64,000 nucleotides of DNA, taken from NCBI GenBank assembly GCA_022009755.1, contig CP091722.1:852772-916771 (forward strand), in the 5' to 3' direction. The notes below the pieces were generated by a model. The model was given only the letters and a program-made list of their open reading frames with translations. It was not told where the DNA came from and ran no database searches. The DNA comes from Oscillospiraceae bacterium. GTDB lineage: Bacteria; Bacillota; Clostridia; Christensenellales; QALW01. Shown here piece by piece: positions 44,938 through 55,958 of this stretch (position 1 is its first letter; every line of letters starts with the position of its first letter). Position numbers and translations under genes: made by a program.

Positions 44938-46244
44938 TCAATCCAGGAAGCCCTTATAGTGATTCATCACCATCTGGGACTCCAGCTGCTTAACCATCTC
45001 GATGGATACGCTTACCATTATCAGAATACCGGTGGTTCCGAAGGTGAGCGCAAGATTAAGTATCGCGTTCATGTTCTCGACCTGAGAGATATTCATAATA
45101 GCGGAAACTATCATCGGGATAACGGAAATAACCGCAAGATAGATACCGGAGAACAGCGTCAGTCTGCGATTGACCTTCTTGAGGTAATCGGCAGTGGGCT
45201 TACCGGGACGGATGCCCTGAATAAGCCGCCGTACTTCTGGATATCGTTTGCCGTCTCCTCCGGATTGAAGGAAATGGACGAATAGAAAAACGCAAATGCC
45301 ACTATCAGCACCACGCTGACCGCTGCATACACCCATGTTCCGCTTCCCAGCCAGTTGCGATAGAATGTTGCAAAAGGAGTATTACTCCAGAACATCTGAA
45401 TCAGAATGGACGGGAATGTCATGAATGCCATGGCAAAGATCAGAGGCAGCACGCCCGCGCCATTGGGCTTTATGGGCATATAAGTGCTTGCGCCGCCGTA
45501 AACCTTACGCCCGGTAACACGCTTTGCATACTGAACCGGAATTCTTCTCTCGCCCAGCTCAACTATAACGATTACAACAATGATTGCCGCAATAGCAATT
45601 ACTATCGGGATCAGATACCACCACATACGGGCATCCTTTGTTGCAACTTGGATGTAGCTTGCAACAGCTGAGGGCAGGCGGGAAACGATACCGATGAATA
45701 TAAGCAGCGAAATTCCGTTGCCTATGCCGCGTTCGGTTATGCGTTCACCGATCCAAATTGCCAGCGCCGAGCCGGCAGAAAGCACCACGCCGATTACGAT
45801 GTAGCAGAACCACGCCATATTCTGATAGCCGGAAACTATTGCACCGTTAAGCGAAACGCAGATACCTATTGATTGAATAAGAGCAAGAGCGATGGAAGAA
45901 TAACGGGTAATCTTATTGATCTTCCTCTGTCCCTCCGGTCCCTCCTTCTGCATAGCCTGCAGCTTCGGGCTTACTACTGCCAAAAGCTGCAGGATAATGG
46001 AAGCATTGATGTAGGGGCTTATACCCATAGCCATAAAGGTGTAGTTCGCAAGCGAACCGCCGGTTATAACATCAATCATTGAAAGCAGGCCGTTGTTGCC
46101 GACCGCCTCCTTCGTGAAATTGGTGTTGATAAACGGTGTGGGAATATAGCAGCACAGACGGAAAACCAAAAGCATGAATAATGTATAAAGAATCTTTTTG
46201 CGAAGGTCTTTGATCTTGAACGCATTTTTGATAGTCTCAAACAT
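44938..46244 (-). CDS. secY: preprotein translocase subunit SecY; one frame break
   Basis: Pieces 45159-46244 and 44938-45336. Adding one T near 45226 restores QKYGGFIQGIRPGKPTADYL. Confidence 0.9.
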
Positions 46245-46690
46245 TATCCGATCACCTCAGCCTTTCCTCCGTTAGCCTCAATTTTTTCTTTGGCTGCAGA
46301 GGTAAAGCCGGCAGCCTGAACAGTGAGGCTCTTTGTAAAATCGCCGTTGCCAAGAATCTTTACTCCGTCTTTTTCCAGTTTACGAACGATGCCCGTGGAA
46401 ACCAGAAGTTCGGGAGTAACCACCGTACCGTTGTCAAAGCCTTCCAATTCGGCAATATTCACAATGGAGTACACCTTACCCCACTTGTTGTGAAAGCCTC
46501 TCTTGGGGATTCTTCTGATCAGCGGAAGCTGACCGCCCTCAAAGCCGGGACGAACGCCGCCGCCGCTGCGGGCCCACTGACCCTTGTGACCCTTACCGGA
46601 GGTCTTACCGGTTCCGCTGCCCACGCCTCTGCCCAAGCGCTTCGGCGCACGCGTAGCGCCCTCTGCGGGCTGTAACTCGTGTAATTTCAT
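46244..46690 (-). CDS. rplO: 50S ribosomal protein L15
   Basis: [38 protein letters not shown]. Confidence 0.95.
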   Translation of the reverse strand: MKLHELQPAEGATRAPKRLGRGVGSGTGKTSGKGHKGQWARSGGGVRPGFEGGQLPLIRRIPKRGFHNKWGKVYSIVNIAELEGFDNGTVVTPELLVSTGIVRKLEKDGVKILGNGDFTKSLTVQAAGFTSAAKEKIEANGGKAEVIG

Positions 46691-46702
46691 TTTCGCACCT
46701 CC

Positions 46703-46879
46703 TTAGTCAACTTCTTCAACACTTACAAGGTGTTTGATTTTGAAAATCATTCCGCGCATTGCCGCGTTATCCTGCTTGATAACGCTGGAACGGATCTTGG
46801 TCAGTCCAAGAGCCTTGGCAGTGGCGATCTGATCCTGCTTACGGCCTATAAGGCTTTTCTGTAAAGTAATCTTCAACAT
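46703..46879 (-). CDS. rpmD: 50S ribosomal protein L30
   Basis: ATG 46879, [26 protein letters not shown]. Confidence 0.9.
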   Translation of the reverse strand: MLKITLQKSLIGRKQDQIATAKALGLTKIRSSVIKQDNAAMRGMIFKIKHLVSVEEVD

Positions 46880-46892
46880 AGCCGCCGCCTCC

Positions 46893-47393
46893 TTAACCCA
46901 TAATTTCTTCGCTGGTCTTGCCGCGCAGACGGGCAAAATCCTCCGCATTCTTAAGGGACTTCAGGCCCTCAAGAGCAGCCTTTACGCTGTTTGCCGGATT
47001 GTTCGAGCCGTGGCACTTTGTGCGGATGTCACGGATGCCGGCCATTTCGATAACCGCACGGACGCTGCCGCCGGCAATAACGCCGGTTCCTTCGGGTGCC
47101 GGCATCAGCAGAACGCTGGACTTGCCGAACTTACCGATTGCCTCGTGCGGAATGGTGGTTCCGCAGGTGGAGATGCAGACGATATTCTTCTTGGCATCCT
47201 CAGTCGCCTTACGGATAGCCTCCTGGAATTCCACTGCCTTGCCCAGACCTACGCCGACATGTCCGTTGCCGTCGCCAACCACGACAAGAGCCGCCATACG
47301 CATGGTGCGTCCGCCCTTAACGGTTTTGGCAACACGGTTCATGGAAACAAGCTTTTCCTTCAGGTCTAAAGTTTTAGGGTCGATGTTTGCCAT
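46893..47393 (-). CDS. rpsE: 30S ribosomal protein S5
   Basis: ATG 47393. [32 protein letters not shown]. Confidence 0.95.
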   Translation of the reverse strand: MANIDPKTLDLKEKLVSMNRVAKTVKGGRTMRMAALVVVGDGNGHVGVGLGKAVEFQEAIRKATEDAKKNIVCISTCGTTIPHEAIGKFGKSSVLLMPAPEGTGVIAGGSVRAVIEMAGIRDIRTKCHGSNNPANSVKAALEGLKSLKNAEDFARLRGKTSEEIMG

Positions 47394-47412
47394 TTTTATT
47401 TTTTCCTCCCTA

Positions 47413-47781
47413 TCAGAATTCCAGACCGGCTTCTCTTGCACCGGCTGCAACGGAAGCAACTCTTCCGGTGTAAACATAACCGCCGCGGTCAAAAACGACC
47501 TCCTTGATGCCCTTGTCGGCAGCACGCTGTGCAGCGAGCTTGCCAACCAGCGCAGCGGCCTCGGTCTTGGTCATCTCGGCAACCTGTGCCTTGATCTCCG
47601 GCTCCATGGTAGAAGCGGAAACAAGTGTATTGCCAGCAACATCATCGATTATCTGAACATAGATGTTGTTAAGGCTGCGGTATACACAGAATCTCGGTCT
47701 CTCGGCAGTGCCGGAGAGCTTTTTGCGAACACGCGCATGTCTTGCCAGACGGTCGGTATTTTTATCTCTCTTTGTAATCAT
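47413..47781 (-). CDS. rplR: 50S ribosomal protein L18
   Basis: [33 protein letters not shown]. Confidence 0.95.
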   Translation of the reverse strand: MITKRDKNTDRLARHARVRKKLSGTAERPRFCVYRSLNNIYVQIIDDVAGNTLVSASTMEPEIKAQVAEMTKTEAAALVGKLAAQRAADKGIKEVVFDRGGYVYTGRVASVAAGAREAGLEF

Positions 47782-47803
47782 ATCTGCTTGCCTCCCTTTC
47801 TAC

Positions 47804-48346
47804 TTATTTCTTACCGGTCTTACCCTCTTTGATGGCGATGTATTCGCCCTCATAGCGGATGCCCTTGCCGTGATACGGCTCCGGCGCTCTTACCGAGCGG
47901 ATGTCGGCGGCCAGCTGACCCACCAGCTGCTTATCAGTACCGCTGACTACTATCTTGTTCTGAGCAGGAACATCAATGGTCAGGCCTGCCGGCTCTTCAA
48001 TCTCAACGGGATGAGAGTAGCCGACGGTCAGAACCAGCTTCTTGCCCTGCTTTGCAGCACGGTATCCGACGCCCTGTATCTCCAACGCCTTGGTGAAGCC
48101 TTCGGTAACGCCGGTCACCATGTTGTGAAGCAGGGAACGAGTCAGACCATGGAGGGAGCGCTGAAGCTTTGCATCGCCGTGACGAAGCACATGAACCACG
48201 CCATCCTCCTGCTGGAAATTGATTTCGTGACTGAATTTCTGTGTAAGCGTGCCCTTGGGGCCCTTAACGGTAACGGTGTTGTCGTCAGCAACCGTAACCG
48301 TAACACCGGCGGGAATACTTACAGGCATTCTTCCTATTCTTGACAT
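47804..48346 (-). CDS. rplF: 50S ribosomal protein L6
   Basis: [17 protein letters not shown]; 180 aa. Confidence 0.95.
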   Translation of the reverse strand: MSRIGRMPVSIPAGVTVTVADDNTVTVKGPKGTLTQKFSHEINFQQEDGVVHVLRHGDAKLQRSLHGLTRSLLHNMVTGVTEGFTKALEIQGVGYRAAKQGKKLVLTVGYSHPVEIEEPAGLTIDVPAQNKIVVSGTDKQLVGQLAADIRSVRAPEPYHGKGIRYEGEYIAIKEGKTGKK

Positions 48347-48366
48347 AATTAAACCTCCGTATTTCC

Positions 48367-48765
48367 TTACCAGATGTAGGCGAGCACTTCACCGCCGACA
48401 TTGGCCTTGCGGGCCTCCTTGTCGGTCATAACACCCTTGGAGGTGGAGATAAGAGCAATGCCCATACCGCCCAGAACCTTGGGAAGCTCCTCGCACTTGG
48501 CATAATGTCTCAGACCGGGAGAGCTTATTCTCTTCATGCCCGAGATAACCTTTTCGTTGTTCGCGCCGTACTTGAGGGTGATGCGAATCGTGCCCTGTAC
48601 GCCGTCATCTATGATTTCCACGCCCTTAATGAAGCCCTCGGTAAGAAGTATCTGCGCAATTGACTTCTTCATATTGGAGGCGGGGATGTCTACTGTTGCA
48701 TGCTTGGCCACCAGAGCGTTTCTGATTCTGGTGAGCATATCAGCTATAGGATCTGTAACGACCAT
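48367..48765 (-). CDS. rpsH: 30S ribosomal protein S8
   Basis: [17 protein letters not shown]; 132 aa. Confidence 0.95.
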   Translation of the reverse strand: MVVTDPIADMLTRIRNALVAKHATVDIPASNMKKSIAQILLTEGFIKGVEIIDDGVQGTIRITLKYGANNEKVISGMKRISSPGLRHYAKCEELPKVLGGMGIALISTSKGVMTDKEARKANVGGEVLAYIW

Positions 48766-48788
48766 GGATTTTTCCTCCTTAAAATATT

Positions 48789-48973
48789 TTACCAGCTTGC
48801 CTTCTTAACTCCGGGGAGCTGGCCCTTGTAAGCCAATTCTCTGAAGCAGATACGGCAGATTCCGTACTTACGGAGCACGGAATGCGGGCGTCCGCAGATA
48901 CTGCAACGGGTGTAAGCCCTCGTTGAAAACTTGGGAGTTGCCTGCTGCTTGTTGATCATACTTTCTTTGCCAT
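48789..48973 (-). CDS. rpsN: 30S ribosomal protein S14 type Z (zinc form); one frame break at codon 4
   Basis: [26 protein letters not shown] 48973 gives MAKK, then an A3 run one base short; restored sequence is MAKKSMINKQQ. Confidence 0.9.
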
Positions 48974-48996
48974 GACTTTTTATATCCTCCCTTTCA

Positions 48997-49536
48997 TTAA
49001 GAGCTGAACGGCATGCCCATAAGTCTGAGCAGCTCCTTGGCTTCCTCATCGGTTTTGGCAGTGGTAACAAATACGATATCCATGCCTCTTACCTTGTCGA
49101 TCTTGTCATACTCGATCTCGGGGAATATCAGCTGCTCCTTTACGCCCAGAGCATAGTTGCCGCGGCCGTCAAAGCAGTTGCCGTTGATGCCGTGGAAGTC
49201 ACGGATACGCGGAATTGCAATGTTTATAAGCTTATCGGCAAACTCATACATTCTGTCGCCGCGGAGGGTTACCTTCGCGCCGATGTTCATGCCCTCACGA
49301 ACCTTGAAGTTCGCAACGGATTTCTTCGCCTTGGTAACATAGGGCTTCTGACCGGAAATGGTGGCAAGCTCGTTTACCGCAGCTTCAAACTTCTTGGCGT
49401 CGTCCTTAACGTCGCCCAGACCCATGTTGATCACGATCTTTACAAGAGAAGGGATTTCGTTTACATTCTTGTAGCCGAACTTCTGCTGCATAGCCGGAGC
49501 GATCTGAGAAACATATTTATCCTTTAATCTAGCCAA
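48997..49536 (-). CDS. rplE: 50S ribosomal protein L5
   Basis: TTG start lies 8 nt after [29 protein letters not shown]. Confidence 0.95.
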   Translation of the reverse strand: MARLKDKYVSQIAPAMQQKFGYKNVNEIPSLVKIVINMGLGDVKDDAKKFEAAVNELATISGQKPYVTKAKKSVANFKVREGMNIGAKVTLRGDRMYEFADKLINIAIPRIRDFHGINGNCFDGRGNYALGVKEQLIFPEIEYDKIDKVRGMDIVFVTTAKTDEEAKELLRLMGMPFSS

Positions 49537-49555
49537 TGTAATTTCCTCCCTTCAA

Positions 49556-49898
49556 TTATTTGTCAAGGCTTGCGCCGCACTTACGGCAAACGCGGGTCTT
49601 TACGACCTTGCCGTTCTCGCCGGCTTCAACCTTGTACGCAACGCGGACGGCCTTGTCGCACTTGGGGCAGATCACCATTACATTGGAAGCGTCAAACGCC
49701 GCCTCCTGCTGAATGCGTCCGCCGGGCTGGCCGGCCTTGCGCGGTTTAACATGCTTGGTAACCATGTTGATGCCCTTAACAACGATTTTGTTGTCCTTGG
49801 GCAGCACGCGGAGAACCTCGCCCTTGTTTGATGTTTGCTGTCTCGTTCTTGTACTTACCGGTAATAACCAGTACGGTATCGCCCTTTTTGATCTTCAT
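49556..49898 (-). CDS. rplX: 50S ribosomal protein L24; one frame break
   Basis: N-terminus MKIKKGDTVLVITGKYK from ATG 49898 is in another frame than piece 49556-49807 (KVVKTRVCRKCG). Break near 49810-49835. Confidence 0.9.
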
Positions 49899-49913
49899 AA
49901 TCAAGGCACCTCC

Positions 49914-50282
49914 TTACAGTACTTCGGGAGCCAGCGATATGATTTTCATGTAATCCTTATCACGGAGCTCACGAGCGATAGGCCCAAAAATACGAGTGCC
50001 TCTGGGCATTTTCTGATCATTGATAATAACTGCGGCATTGTCGTCAAATCTGATGTATGTGCCGTCGGGTCTGCGCAGCGGCTTTACCGTACGCACGATA
50101 ACAGCCTTGACAACATCGCCCTTTTTAACAACGCCGCCGGGCGTTGCGGTCTTAACCGAAGCAACAATTACATCACCAATGCTTCCGCAACGACGGAAAG
50201 ATCCGCCGAGCACACGAATGCACATGATTTCTTTTGCGCCGGTATTGTCAGCCACCTTTAAGCGAGTCTGTGGTTGAATCAT
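49914..50282 (-). CDS. rplN: 50S ribosomal protein L14
   Basis: [28 protein letters not shown]. Confidence 0.95.
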   Translation of the reverse strand: MIQPQTRLKVADNTGAKEIMCIRVLGGSFRRCGSIGDVIVASVKTATPGGVVKKGDVVKAVIVRTVKPLRRPDGTYIRFDDNAAVIINDQKMPRGTRIFGPIARELRDKDYMKIISLAPEVL

Positions 50283-50311
50283 ATAATGTGCCTCCTTTCA
50301 GCATCAGTGGA

Positions 50312-50566
50312 TTATTTTGCTTTCTCCACTATTTCGACCAATCTCCATCTTTTGTCCTTGCTAATGGGACGAGTTTCCATAATGCGCACGCGATCGCCGA
50401 TGCCGCATTCGTTGTTCTCGTCATGTGCCTTGAATTTCGTGGTGCGGTTAACGGTCTTGCCGTAAAGAGGATGAAGAACCTTGTCTTTCACCGCAACTAC
50501 AATGGTTTTATCCATCTTGTCGCTTACGACTACGCCCACTCTTGACTTACGATAATTTCTTTCCAT
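50312..50566 (-). CDS. rpsQ: 30S ribosomal protein S17
   Basis: ATG 50566. [18 protein letters not shown]. Confidence 0.95.
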   Translation of the reverse strand: MERNYRKSRVGVVVSDKMDKTIVVAVKDKVLHPLYGKTVNRTTKFKAHDENNECGIGDRVRIMETRPISKDKRWRLVEIVEKAK

Positions 50567-50582
50567 CACTAAGTTCTCCTCC

Positions 50583-50780
50583 TCAGCCGTTGAGCTCTTG
50601 CTCGCGGATGATCGTCTGAATACGAGCAATCTCTTTTTTGCATACGCTGATCTGCTTGGGATTAGCCAGCTGTCCGGTAGCGTTCTGGAATCTCAGGTTG
50701 AAAAGCTCACTTTTGAGCTCCTTAAGCTGTGCATTCAGCTCCTGTGATGTTTTATCTCTCAGCTTTTTGGTATCCTTCAT
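50583..50780 (-). CDS. rpmC: 50S ribosomal protein L29
   Basis: 65 aa. [19 protein letters not shown]. Confidence 0.9.
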   Translation of the reverse strand: MKDTKKLRDKTSQELNAQLKELKSELFNLRFQNATGQLANPKQISVCKKEIARIQTIIREQELNG

Positions 50781-51214
50781 TGAGCATCACCCTCCTGCGA
50801 ATCAAAATCGCTCTTCTTTACAAACTTGCATTTGCAGGGAAGCTTGTGCATTGCAAGACGGAGAGCCTCGCGAGCGTCGGCCTCGGGAACGCCGCCCATC
50901 TCAAAGAGAACTCTGCCCGGCTTAACAACCGCCACCCAGTACTCGGGGGAACCTTTACCGCTGCCCATTCGGGTCTCGGCCGGCTTAGCCGTAACCGGCT
51001 TATCCGGGAAGATCTTGGTCCAAACCTGACCCTGACGCTTTACATATCTGGTCATTGCAACACGGGCCGCCTCGATCTGCTCGGCAGTGATCCAGCAAGG
51101 CTCGGTAGCCATAAGACCGAAATCACCGTAAGCAACGAAATTGCCGCGCTGCGCCTTGCCCTTCATACGGCCGCGGAAAACGCGTCTGCGCTTAACTCTT
51201 TTAGGCATTAACAT
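50777..51214 (-). CDS. rplP: 50S ribosomal protein L16
   Basis: ATG 51214, [19 protein letters not shown]. Confidence 0.95.
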   Translation of the reverse strand: MLMPKRVKRRRVFRGRMKGKAQRGNFVAYGDFGLMATEPCWITAEQIEAARVAMTRYVKRQGQVWTKIFPDKPVTAKPAETRMGSGKGSPEYWVAVVKPGRVLFEMGGVPEADAREALRLAMHKLPCKCKFVKKSDFDSQEGDAQ

Positions 51215-51215
51215 A

Positions 51216-51881
51216 TTATTGCTTGCCTCCTTCTGCAACAGTCTTCTTAACCTGCGGAAGAACCTCTCCCTTGTATACCCATACCTTTACGCCGATGCGG
51301 CCGTAGGTAGTGGCTGCCTCTGCAAAGCCGTAATCGATATCGGCACGCAGAGTCTGCAGCGGAATGCTGCCCTCGTGATAGCCTTCGCTGCGCGCGATCT
51401 CCGCGCCGCCCAGACGGCCGGAAACAGCTATCTTGATACCCTTTGCTCCGCCCTTCATGGCACGCTGAAGCGACTGCTTCATTGCCCGGCGGAAGGAAAT
51501 TCTCTTCTCCAGCTGAGCCGCAATGTTCTCAGCAACCAGCTGAGCATCAACATCGGGCTTGCGGATCTCCATGATGTTTACATTTACGGGCTTGCCCACA
51601 AACTTAGCGATGTCCTTTTTAAGAACCTCGATGCCTGCGCCGCCCTTACCGATAAGCGCGCCCGGCTTTGCGGTGTACAGGAAAACCGTTACGGTGCCTG
51701 CCTTGCGCTCGATTTCAATCTTGGATATCTGATAGGAATACAGCTTCTTCTTCAGATATTTACGAAGGGAGTCGTCCTCCTTGATATTGGCGGCCATCTC
51801 CTTCTTGTCAGCAAACCAACGGGAATCCCAGCCTTTGATTATGCCGACTCTGGCGCCGTGCGGATTAACTTTCTGTCCCAT
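51216..51881 (-). CDS. rpsC: 30S ribosomal protein S3
   Basis: [24 protein letters not shown]. Confidence 0.95.
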   Translation of the reverse strand: MGQKVNPHGARVGIIKGWDSRWFADKKEMAANIKEDDSLRKYLKKKLYSYQISKIEIERKAGTVTVFLYTAKPGALIGKGGAGIEVLKKDIAKFVGKPVNVNIMEIRKPDVDAQLVAENIAAQLEKRISFRRAMKQSLQRAMKGGAKGIKIAVSGRLGGAEIARSEGYHEGSIPLQTLRADIDYGFAEAATTYGRIGVKVWVYKGEVLPQVKKTVAEGGKQ

Positions 51882-51893
51882 TTGTATGCCTCC

Positions 51894-52280
51894 TTATTTC
51901 TTGATTTCGTCCAGAACGACAGTGATGTGGCTGCTTCTCTTGAGGATCATGGCTCCGCTGCCCTTGGCGCGGGGCATCATGCGCTTCAGGGTCGGACCCT
52001 GATCAGCATAAACCTCAGCAACATACAGATCGTCCTTGTTCAAGCCCTTGTACTCAGCATTGGCAATTGCCGACTTGAGCAGCTTCTCCACAACCGGAGA
52101 GGCAGACTTGGGAGTGAACTTAAGTATCGCCAGCGCCTCAGAAACCTGCTTGCCTCTGATAAGATCGATAACGATACGGACCTTTCTGGAGGAAATACGA
52201 ACATATCTGGCCACGGCACGGGGGCGCATATCGCGCTGCTCGGCTCTCTTTGCGGCCTTTTCCTTGATTCTCTTAGCCAT
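51894..52280 (-). CDS. rplV: 50S ribosomal protein L22
   Basis: [21 protein letters not shown]. Confidence 0.95.
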   Translation of the reverse strand: MAKRIKEKAAKRAEQRDMRPRAVARYVRISSRKVRIVIDLIRGKQVSEALAILKFTPKSASPVVEKLLKSAIANAEYKGLNKDDLYVAEVYADQGPTLKRMMPRAKGSGAMILKRSSHITVVLDEIKK

Positions 52281-52294
52281 TTCTCTCTCCCCCT

Positions 52295-52570
52295 TTATTT
52301 GCCTGTGGACTTTTCGCCCGCATGACCTCTGAAGGTACGCGTGGGAGCGAACTCGCCCAGCTTGTGTCCGACCATATCCTCGGTGATGTACACCGGAACA
52401 TGCTTTCTACCGTCGTGAACCGCGATCGTATGGCCAACGAAATCAGGGAAAATAGTTGAGGACCTTGACCATGTCTTCAAAACCTTCTTTTCGCCGGTTT
52501 CGTTCATAGCAACGACTCTTTTGAGCAGCTTTTCACTGACAAAAGGTCCTTTTTTAACACTTCTACTCAT
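52295..52570 (-). CDS. rpsS: 30S ribosomal protein S19
   Basis: [19 protein letters not shown]. Confidence 0.95.
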   Translation of the reverse strand: MSRSVKKGPFVSEKLLKRVVAMNETGEKKVLKTWSRSSTIFPDFVGHTIAVHDGRKHVPVYITEDMVGHKLGEFAPTRTFRGHAGEKSTGK

Positions 52571-52605
52571 GCCTGTTACGGCCTCCTTCCATCTGATGAC
52601 ATCGT

Positions 52606-53437
52606 TTAGCCGTTACGGCGCTTCACGATATATTTATTGGATTTGTTCTTCTTGGCTCTGGTCTTATAACCAAGAGTGGGCTTGCCCCACGGAGTAACAG
52701 GGCCCGGACGGCCGATAGGAGACTTGCCCTCACCACCGCCATGGGGGTGATCACAGGGGTTCATAACCACACCGCGTACGGTGGGACGAATGCCCATGTG
52801 GCGCTTTCTGCCCGCTTTACCAAGAGAGATATTCTCATAATCCAGGTTGCCCACCTGACCGATTGTCGCCTTGCAGTCAAGACGAACCATTCTTACCTCG
52901 CCGCTGGGCAGTCTTATCTGAGCAAAGCCGTTCTCCTTAGCCATCAGCTGAGCGGCCGCACCGGCAGTACGCACCATCTGTGCGCCCTTGCCGGGGAAAA
53001 GCTCAACATTGTGCAAAAGAGTACCTACCGGAATGCTGTTGATGGGCAGCGCGTTGCCGGTTTTGATGTCCGCATGCTCGCCGCTTACCACGGTGTCGCC
53101 CACATTCAGGCCCAGAGGAGCCAGAATGTATCTCTTTTCACCGTCTGCATAATGCAGAAGAGCGATATTCGCGCTGCGGTTAGGATCATACTCAATGGTG
53201 GCAACCTTTGCGGGAATGCCGTCCTTATCGCGCTTGAAGTCGATAATTCTGTACTTGCGGGTGTTTCCGCCGCCGTGGTGACGCACGGTCAGTCTGCCGA
53301 CGTTATTTCTTCCGCCGTTTTTTTGGATATCTTGCCCAGCAGTGAGCGCTCAGGAGTGGTGCTGGTGATTTCCTCAAAGGTGGAAACCGACATAAAGCGT
53401 CTGGCCGGAGAAGTCGGTTTATACTTTTTGATAGCCA
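52606..53437 (-). CDS. rplB: 50S ribosomal protein L2; one frame break
   Basis: N-terminus [18 protein letters not shown] from ATG 53437. The run 53318-53324 (A7 on the coding strand) is one base short; A8 restores [23 protein letters not shown]. Confidence 0.95.
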
Positions 53438-53455
53438 TGATTTTTTCCTCCTAAC

Positions 53456-53752
53456 TTACTGGGCCATGCCCTCAAAGAACGCAATGGGCTTGGAGTCCTT
53501 TTTAAGAATCACATAAGCCTTCTTTACGGTAGGCGTAAGGCCTTCGCTTCTGCCCATACGCTTAACCTTGCCGATGGTGGTAACGGTGTTCACGCGCTCC
53601 ACCTTAACATCGAAAATCGCCTCAACGGCCTGCTTGATCTCGGTTTTGTTGGCCTTACGGTCCACAACGAAGCAGTAACGCTTGTCCGAAATGGTTGCAT
53701 AGGTCTTCTCGGTGAGAACCGGCTTAATGATTACATCCTCAAATGCTTTCAT
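53456..53752 (-). CDS. rplW: 50S ribosomal protein L23
   Basis: 98 aa. VIIKPVLTEKTYA. Confidence 0.95.
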   Translation of the reverse strand: MKAFEDVIIKPVLTEKTYATISDKRYCFVVDRKANKTEIKQAVEAIFDVKVERVNTVTTIGKVKRMGRSEGLTPTVKKAYVILKKDSKPIAFFEGMAQ

Positions 53753-54378
53753 CAGTTGTACACCTCCTGGAGTCTTTCAACTGCTTCCTTGGTGATAAGC
53801 AGCTTGTCAGCCTTGAGCACATCCACCACATTGATGGTGTTCACAAGGGAAGTTGCAACCGCCGGAATGTTTCCCGCAGCACGGGCCACGGTTTCATCGG
53901 GCTCAGCGGTAATTATCAGTGTTTTGCTCTGAGCAAGCTTCAGATTGCCCAGCACTTTAACCATTTCCTTGGTCTTGGGAGCTTCCAAGGCAAGATTCTC
54001 AACCACAACGAAGTTGTTGCAAACCACCTTGTCGGTAAGCACACCCTCAAGGGCAAGACGCTTCATCTTCTTGGGAACCGCAATGCGGAAGCTGCGGGGC
54101 TTGGGAGCAAATACCACGCCGCCCTTGTTGAACTGAGGCGATCTGATGGAGCCCTGACGGGCGCGGCCCGTGCCCTTCTGTCTGTACGGCTTCTTGCCGC
54201 CGCCTCTTACCTCTGTACGGGTAAGGGTGCATTTGGTACCCTGTCTCTTGTTAGCAAGCTGCGCGCGAACGACCTGATGAATAACAGCCTTGTTAATATC
54301 AGCCGCAAATAAAGTATCGCTCAGCTCTATCTCGCCTGTCTGCGAGCCCTGTAAATTATATACAGCTACCTTAGGCAT
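53752..54378 (-). CDS. rplD: 50S ribosomal protein L4
   Basis: RGGGKKPYRQKGTGRARQGSIRSPQF. Confidence 0.95.
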   Translation of the reverse strand: MPKVAVYNLQGSQTGEIELSDTLFAADINKAVIHQVVRAQLANKRQGTKCTLTRTEVRGGGKKPYRQKGTGRARQGSIRSPQFNKGGVVFAPKPRSFRIAVPKKMKRLALEGVLTDKVVCNNFVVVENLALEAPKTKEMVKVLGNLKLAQSKTLIITAEPDETVARAAGNIPAVATSLVNTINVVDVLKADKLLITKEAVERLQEVYN

Positions 54379-54392
54379 AGCTCTTTACCTCC

Positions 54393-55025
54393 TTACTTGC
54401 TCTTTATCGACTGTCTTACGAACACCATCGCGCCCTTGGGTCCGGGAACGGCGCCCTTGATAAGCAGCACGCCGCGCTCCGCGTCTACGCGCACGATCTC
54501 AAGGTTCTGCACGGTGGTCTTCTCATTGCCCCAGTGTCCGGGCATATGCTTGTTCTTGAATACTCTTGAGGGCGAGGAATTCGCTCCCATGGAGCCTACG
54601 CCTCTATGATAGCCGGAGCCGTGAGCCATAGGACCGGTGTGCTGATTCCAACGCTGCATAACGCCGGAAAAGCCGTGGCCCTTGGAGAACGCGGTGGCAT
54701 CAATGTGATCGCCCTGCTCAAACATCTCGCAGGTTATCACGGAGCCCACCTCATAGTCTGCGCAGTTTTCCAGCTTAAGCTCCTTCATGTAGCGCGCCGG
54801 AGCCGCCTGAGCCTTCTTGAACTGTCCCATATCGGGCTTGTTAACCAGCTTCTCACGAATCGGGTCAAAGGAAACCTTCAGCGCGTCATAGCCGTCGTTT
54901 TCCACGGTCTTCTTCTGTATTACCGTGCAGGGACCGGCCAGGATCACGGTTACGGGGAATACCTTGCCGTCCTGGGAAAACACCTGGGTCATACCCAGCT
55001 TCTTACCGAGAATTGCCTTCTTCAT
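54393..55025 (-). CDS. rplC: 50S ribosomal protein L3
   Basis: MKKAILGKKLGMTQVF. Confidence 0.95.
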   Translation of the reverse strand: MKKAILGKKLGMTQVFSQDGKVFPVTVILAGPCTVIQKKTVENDGYDALKVSFDPIREKLVNKPDMGQFKKAQAAPARYMKELKLENCADYEVGSVITCEMFEQGDHIDATAFSKGHGFSGVMQRWNQHTGPMAHGSGYHRGVGSMGANSSPSRVFKNKHMPGHWGNEKTTVQNLEIVRVDAERGVLLIKGAVPGPKGAMVFVRQSIKSK

Positions 55026-55043
55026 AATTCGGTCACCTCCACC

Positions 55044-55352
55044 TTACAGTTTAATTTTAATGTCCACACCTGCGGGAGGATCGAGCTTGGTCAAAGCCTC
55101 TACCGTCTTATTGCCGGCATTGTAAATGTCGATCAATCTCTTGTGTGTCCTGAGTTCGAACTGCTCTCTGCTGTCCTTGTACTTGTGCGGCGAGCGCAGT
55201 ATGGTTACTATTTCCTTTTCGGTGGGCAGCGGTATGGGCCCGGAAACGGTAGCACCCGTTCTGTTTGCGGTCTCGACGATTTTTTCTGCAGTCTGATCAA
55301 CAAGATTGTGATCATATGACTTCAGATTGATTCTGATTTTCTGACTTGCCAT
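55044..55352 (-). CDS. rpsJ: 30S ribosomal protein S10
   Basis: [20 protein letters not shown]; 102 aa. First gene of the cluster. Confidence 0.95.
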   Translation of the reverse strand: MASQKIRINLKSYDHNLVDQTAEKIVETANRTGATVSGPIPLPTEKEIVTILRSPHKYKDSREQFELRTHKRLIDIYNAGNKTVEALTKLDPPAGVDIKIKL

Positions 55353-55587
55353 TTATGTTTACCTCCTTGTTAGCTCAAATACACGCTTCCGTGTGTGCCG
55401 CTTATAAATTTTTACAAGCGGTATTTGGCTTGTCGTCCGATTGTCGGACAATTGTCCGCGAAAATTACCCGAATTGCTTCGGCAACCTCTCGCTTCATAC
55501 CATTAATCGCAAATTACCGCATATTGCGACTTGTATATATTACTACGCTTCCGCAATATTGTAAAGCACTTTTTTATATAAAATCAA
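55353..55587 (-). promoter_or_regulatory. S10-operon promoter candidate plus ~200-nt structured leader
   Basis: TTGATT (55582-55587), 18-nt spacer, TACAAT (55558-55563). The leader holds several hairpins, including mutually exclusive CGGAC/GTCCG and GTCCGA/TCGGAC at 55431-55460. Confidence 0.4.
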
Positions 55588-55859
55588 TAAATATGCGCAT
55601 AAACAATGGTAAAACAGCTGTTGACCGTTTTGCCATACCCCCTTAGCCATCTCACCCGAGTACTGATATCATCCGCTGCGGATTTCATATATTTATTAAT
55701 CCAAATGAATAAATGCCCGGCGCCTCCGGCCGGCAAACAGTCCCTGCACTTCCTTTATCCGCCTCTGCGCCTACGCCCAAACGGACACCGCAATTATATT
55801 GCATTATATATAATGTATATATTGCATACGCAATTTTACATTTCGCTCTTATAAAGCTG

Positions 55860-55888
55860 TTGCATTTTGTCCGTTTTCTTGTTAAAAT
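55860..55888 (+). promoter_or_regulatory. candidate sigma-A promoter of the glycoside-hydrolase gene
   Basis: TTGCAT (55860-55865), 17-nt spacer, TGtTAAAAT (55880-55888). Confidence 0.45.
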
Positions 55889-55958
55889 GACGGTGCCGGC
55901 CATGCCGGAATCCAACGCAAACAGGCATCGCCATTAAAAACACAGGACGGAAAAATAT

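Noticed and set aside
51141-52325. Very long ORFs antisense to well-supported genes. Examples are 394 aa opposite rpsC/rplV, 304 aa at 46918-47832, 309 aa at 41265-42194, 410 aa at 59822-61054, 402 aa at 56847-58055, 356 aa at 3578-4648 and 356 aa at 22300-23370.
   Set aside because: They lie exactly opposite genes with unmistakable conserved motifs. They have low-complexity Arg/Ala/Pro/Ser-rich translations and no RBS. They are the expected stop-poor shadow frames of GC-rich codon usage.
55795-55830. AT-rich palindromic segment containing ATAA-TGTATA-T, reminiscent of a dif/Xer recombination site.
   Set aside because: Only the central hexamer matches. The flanking arms do not match XerC/XerD arm consensus. 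A site next to the ribosomal protein cluster is an unlikely terminus location.
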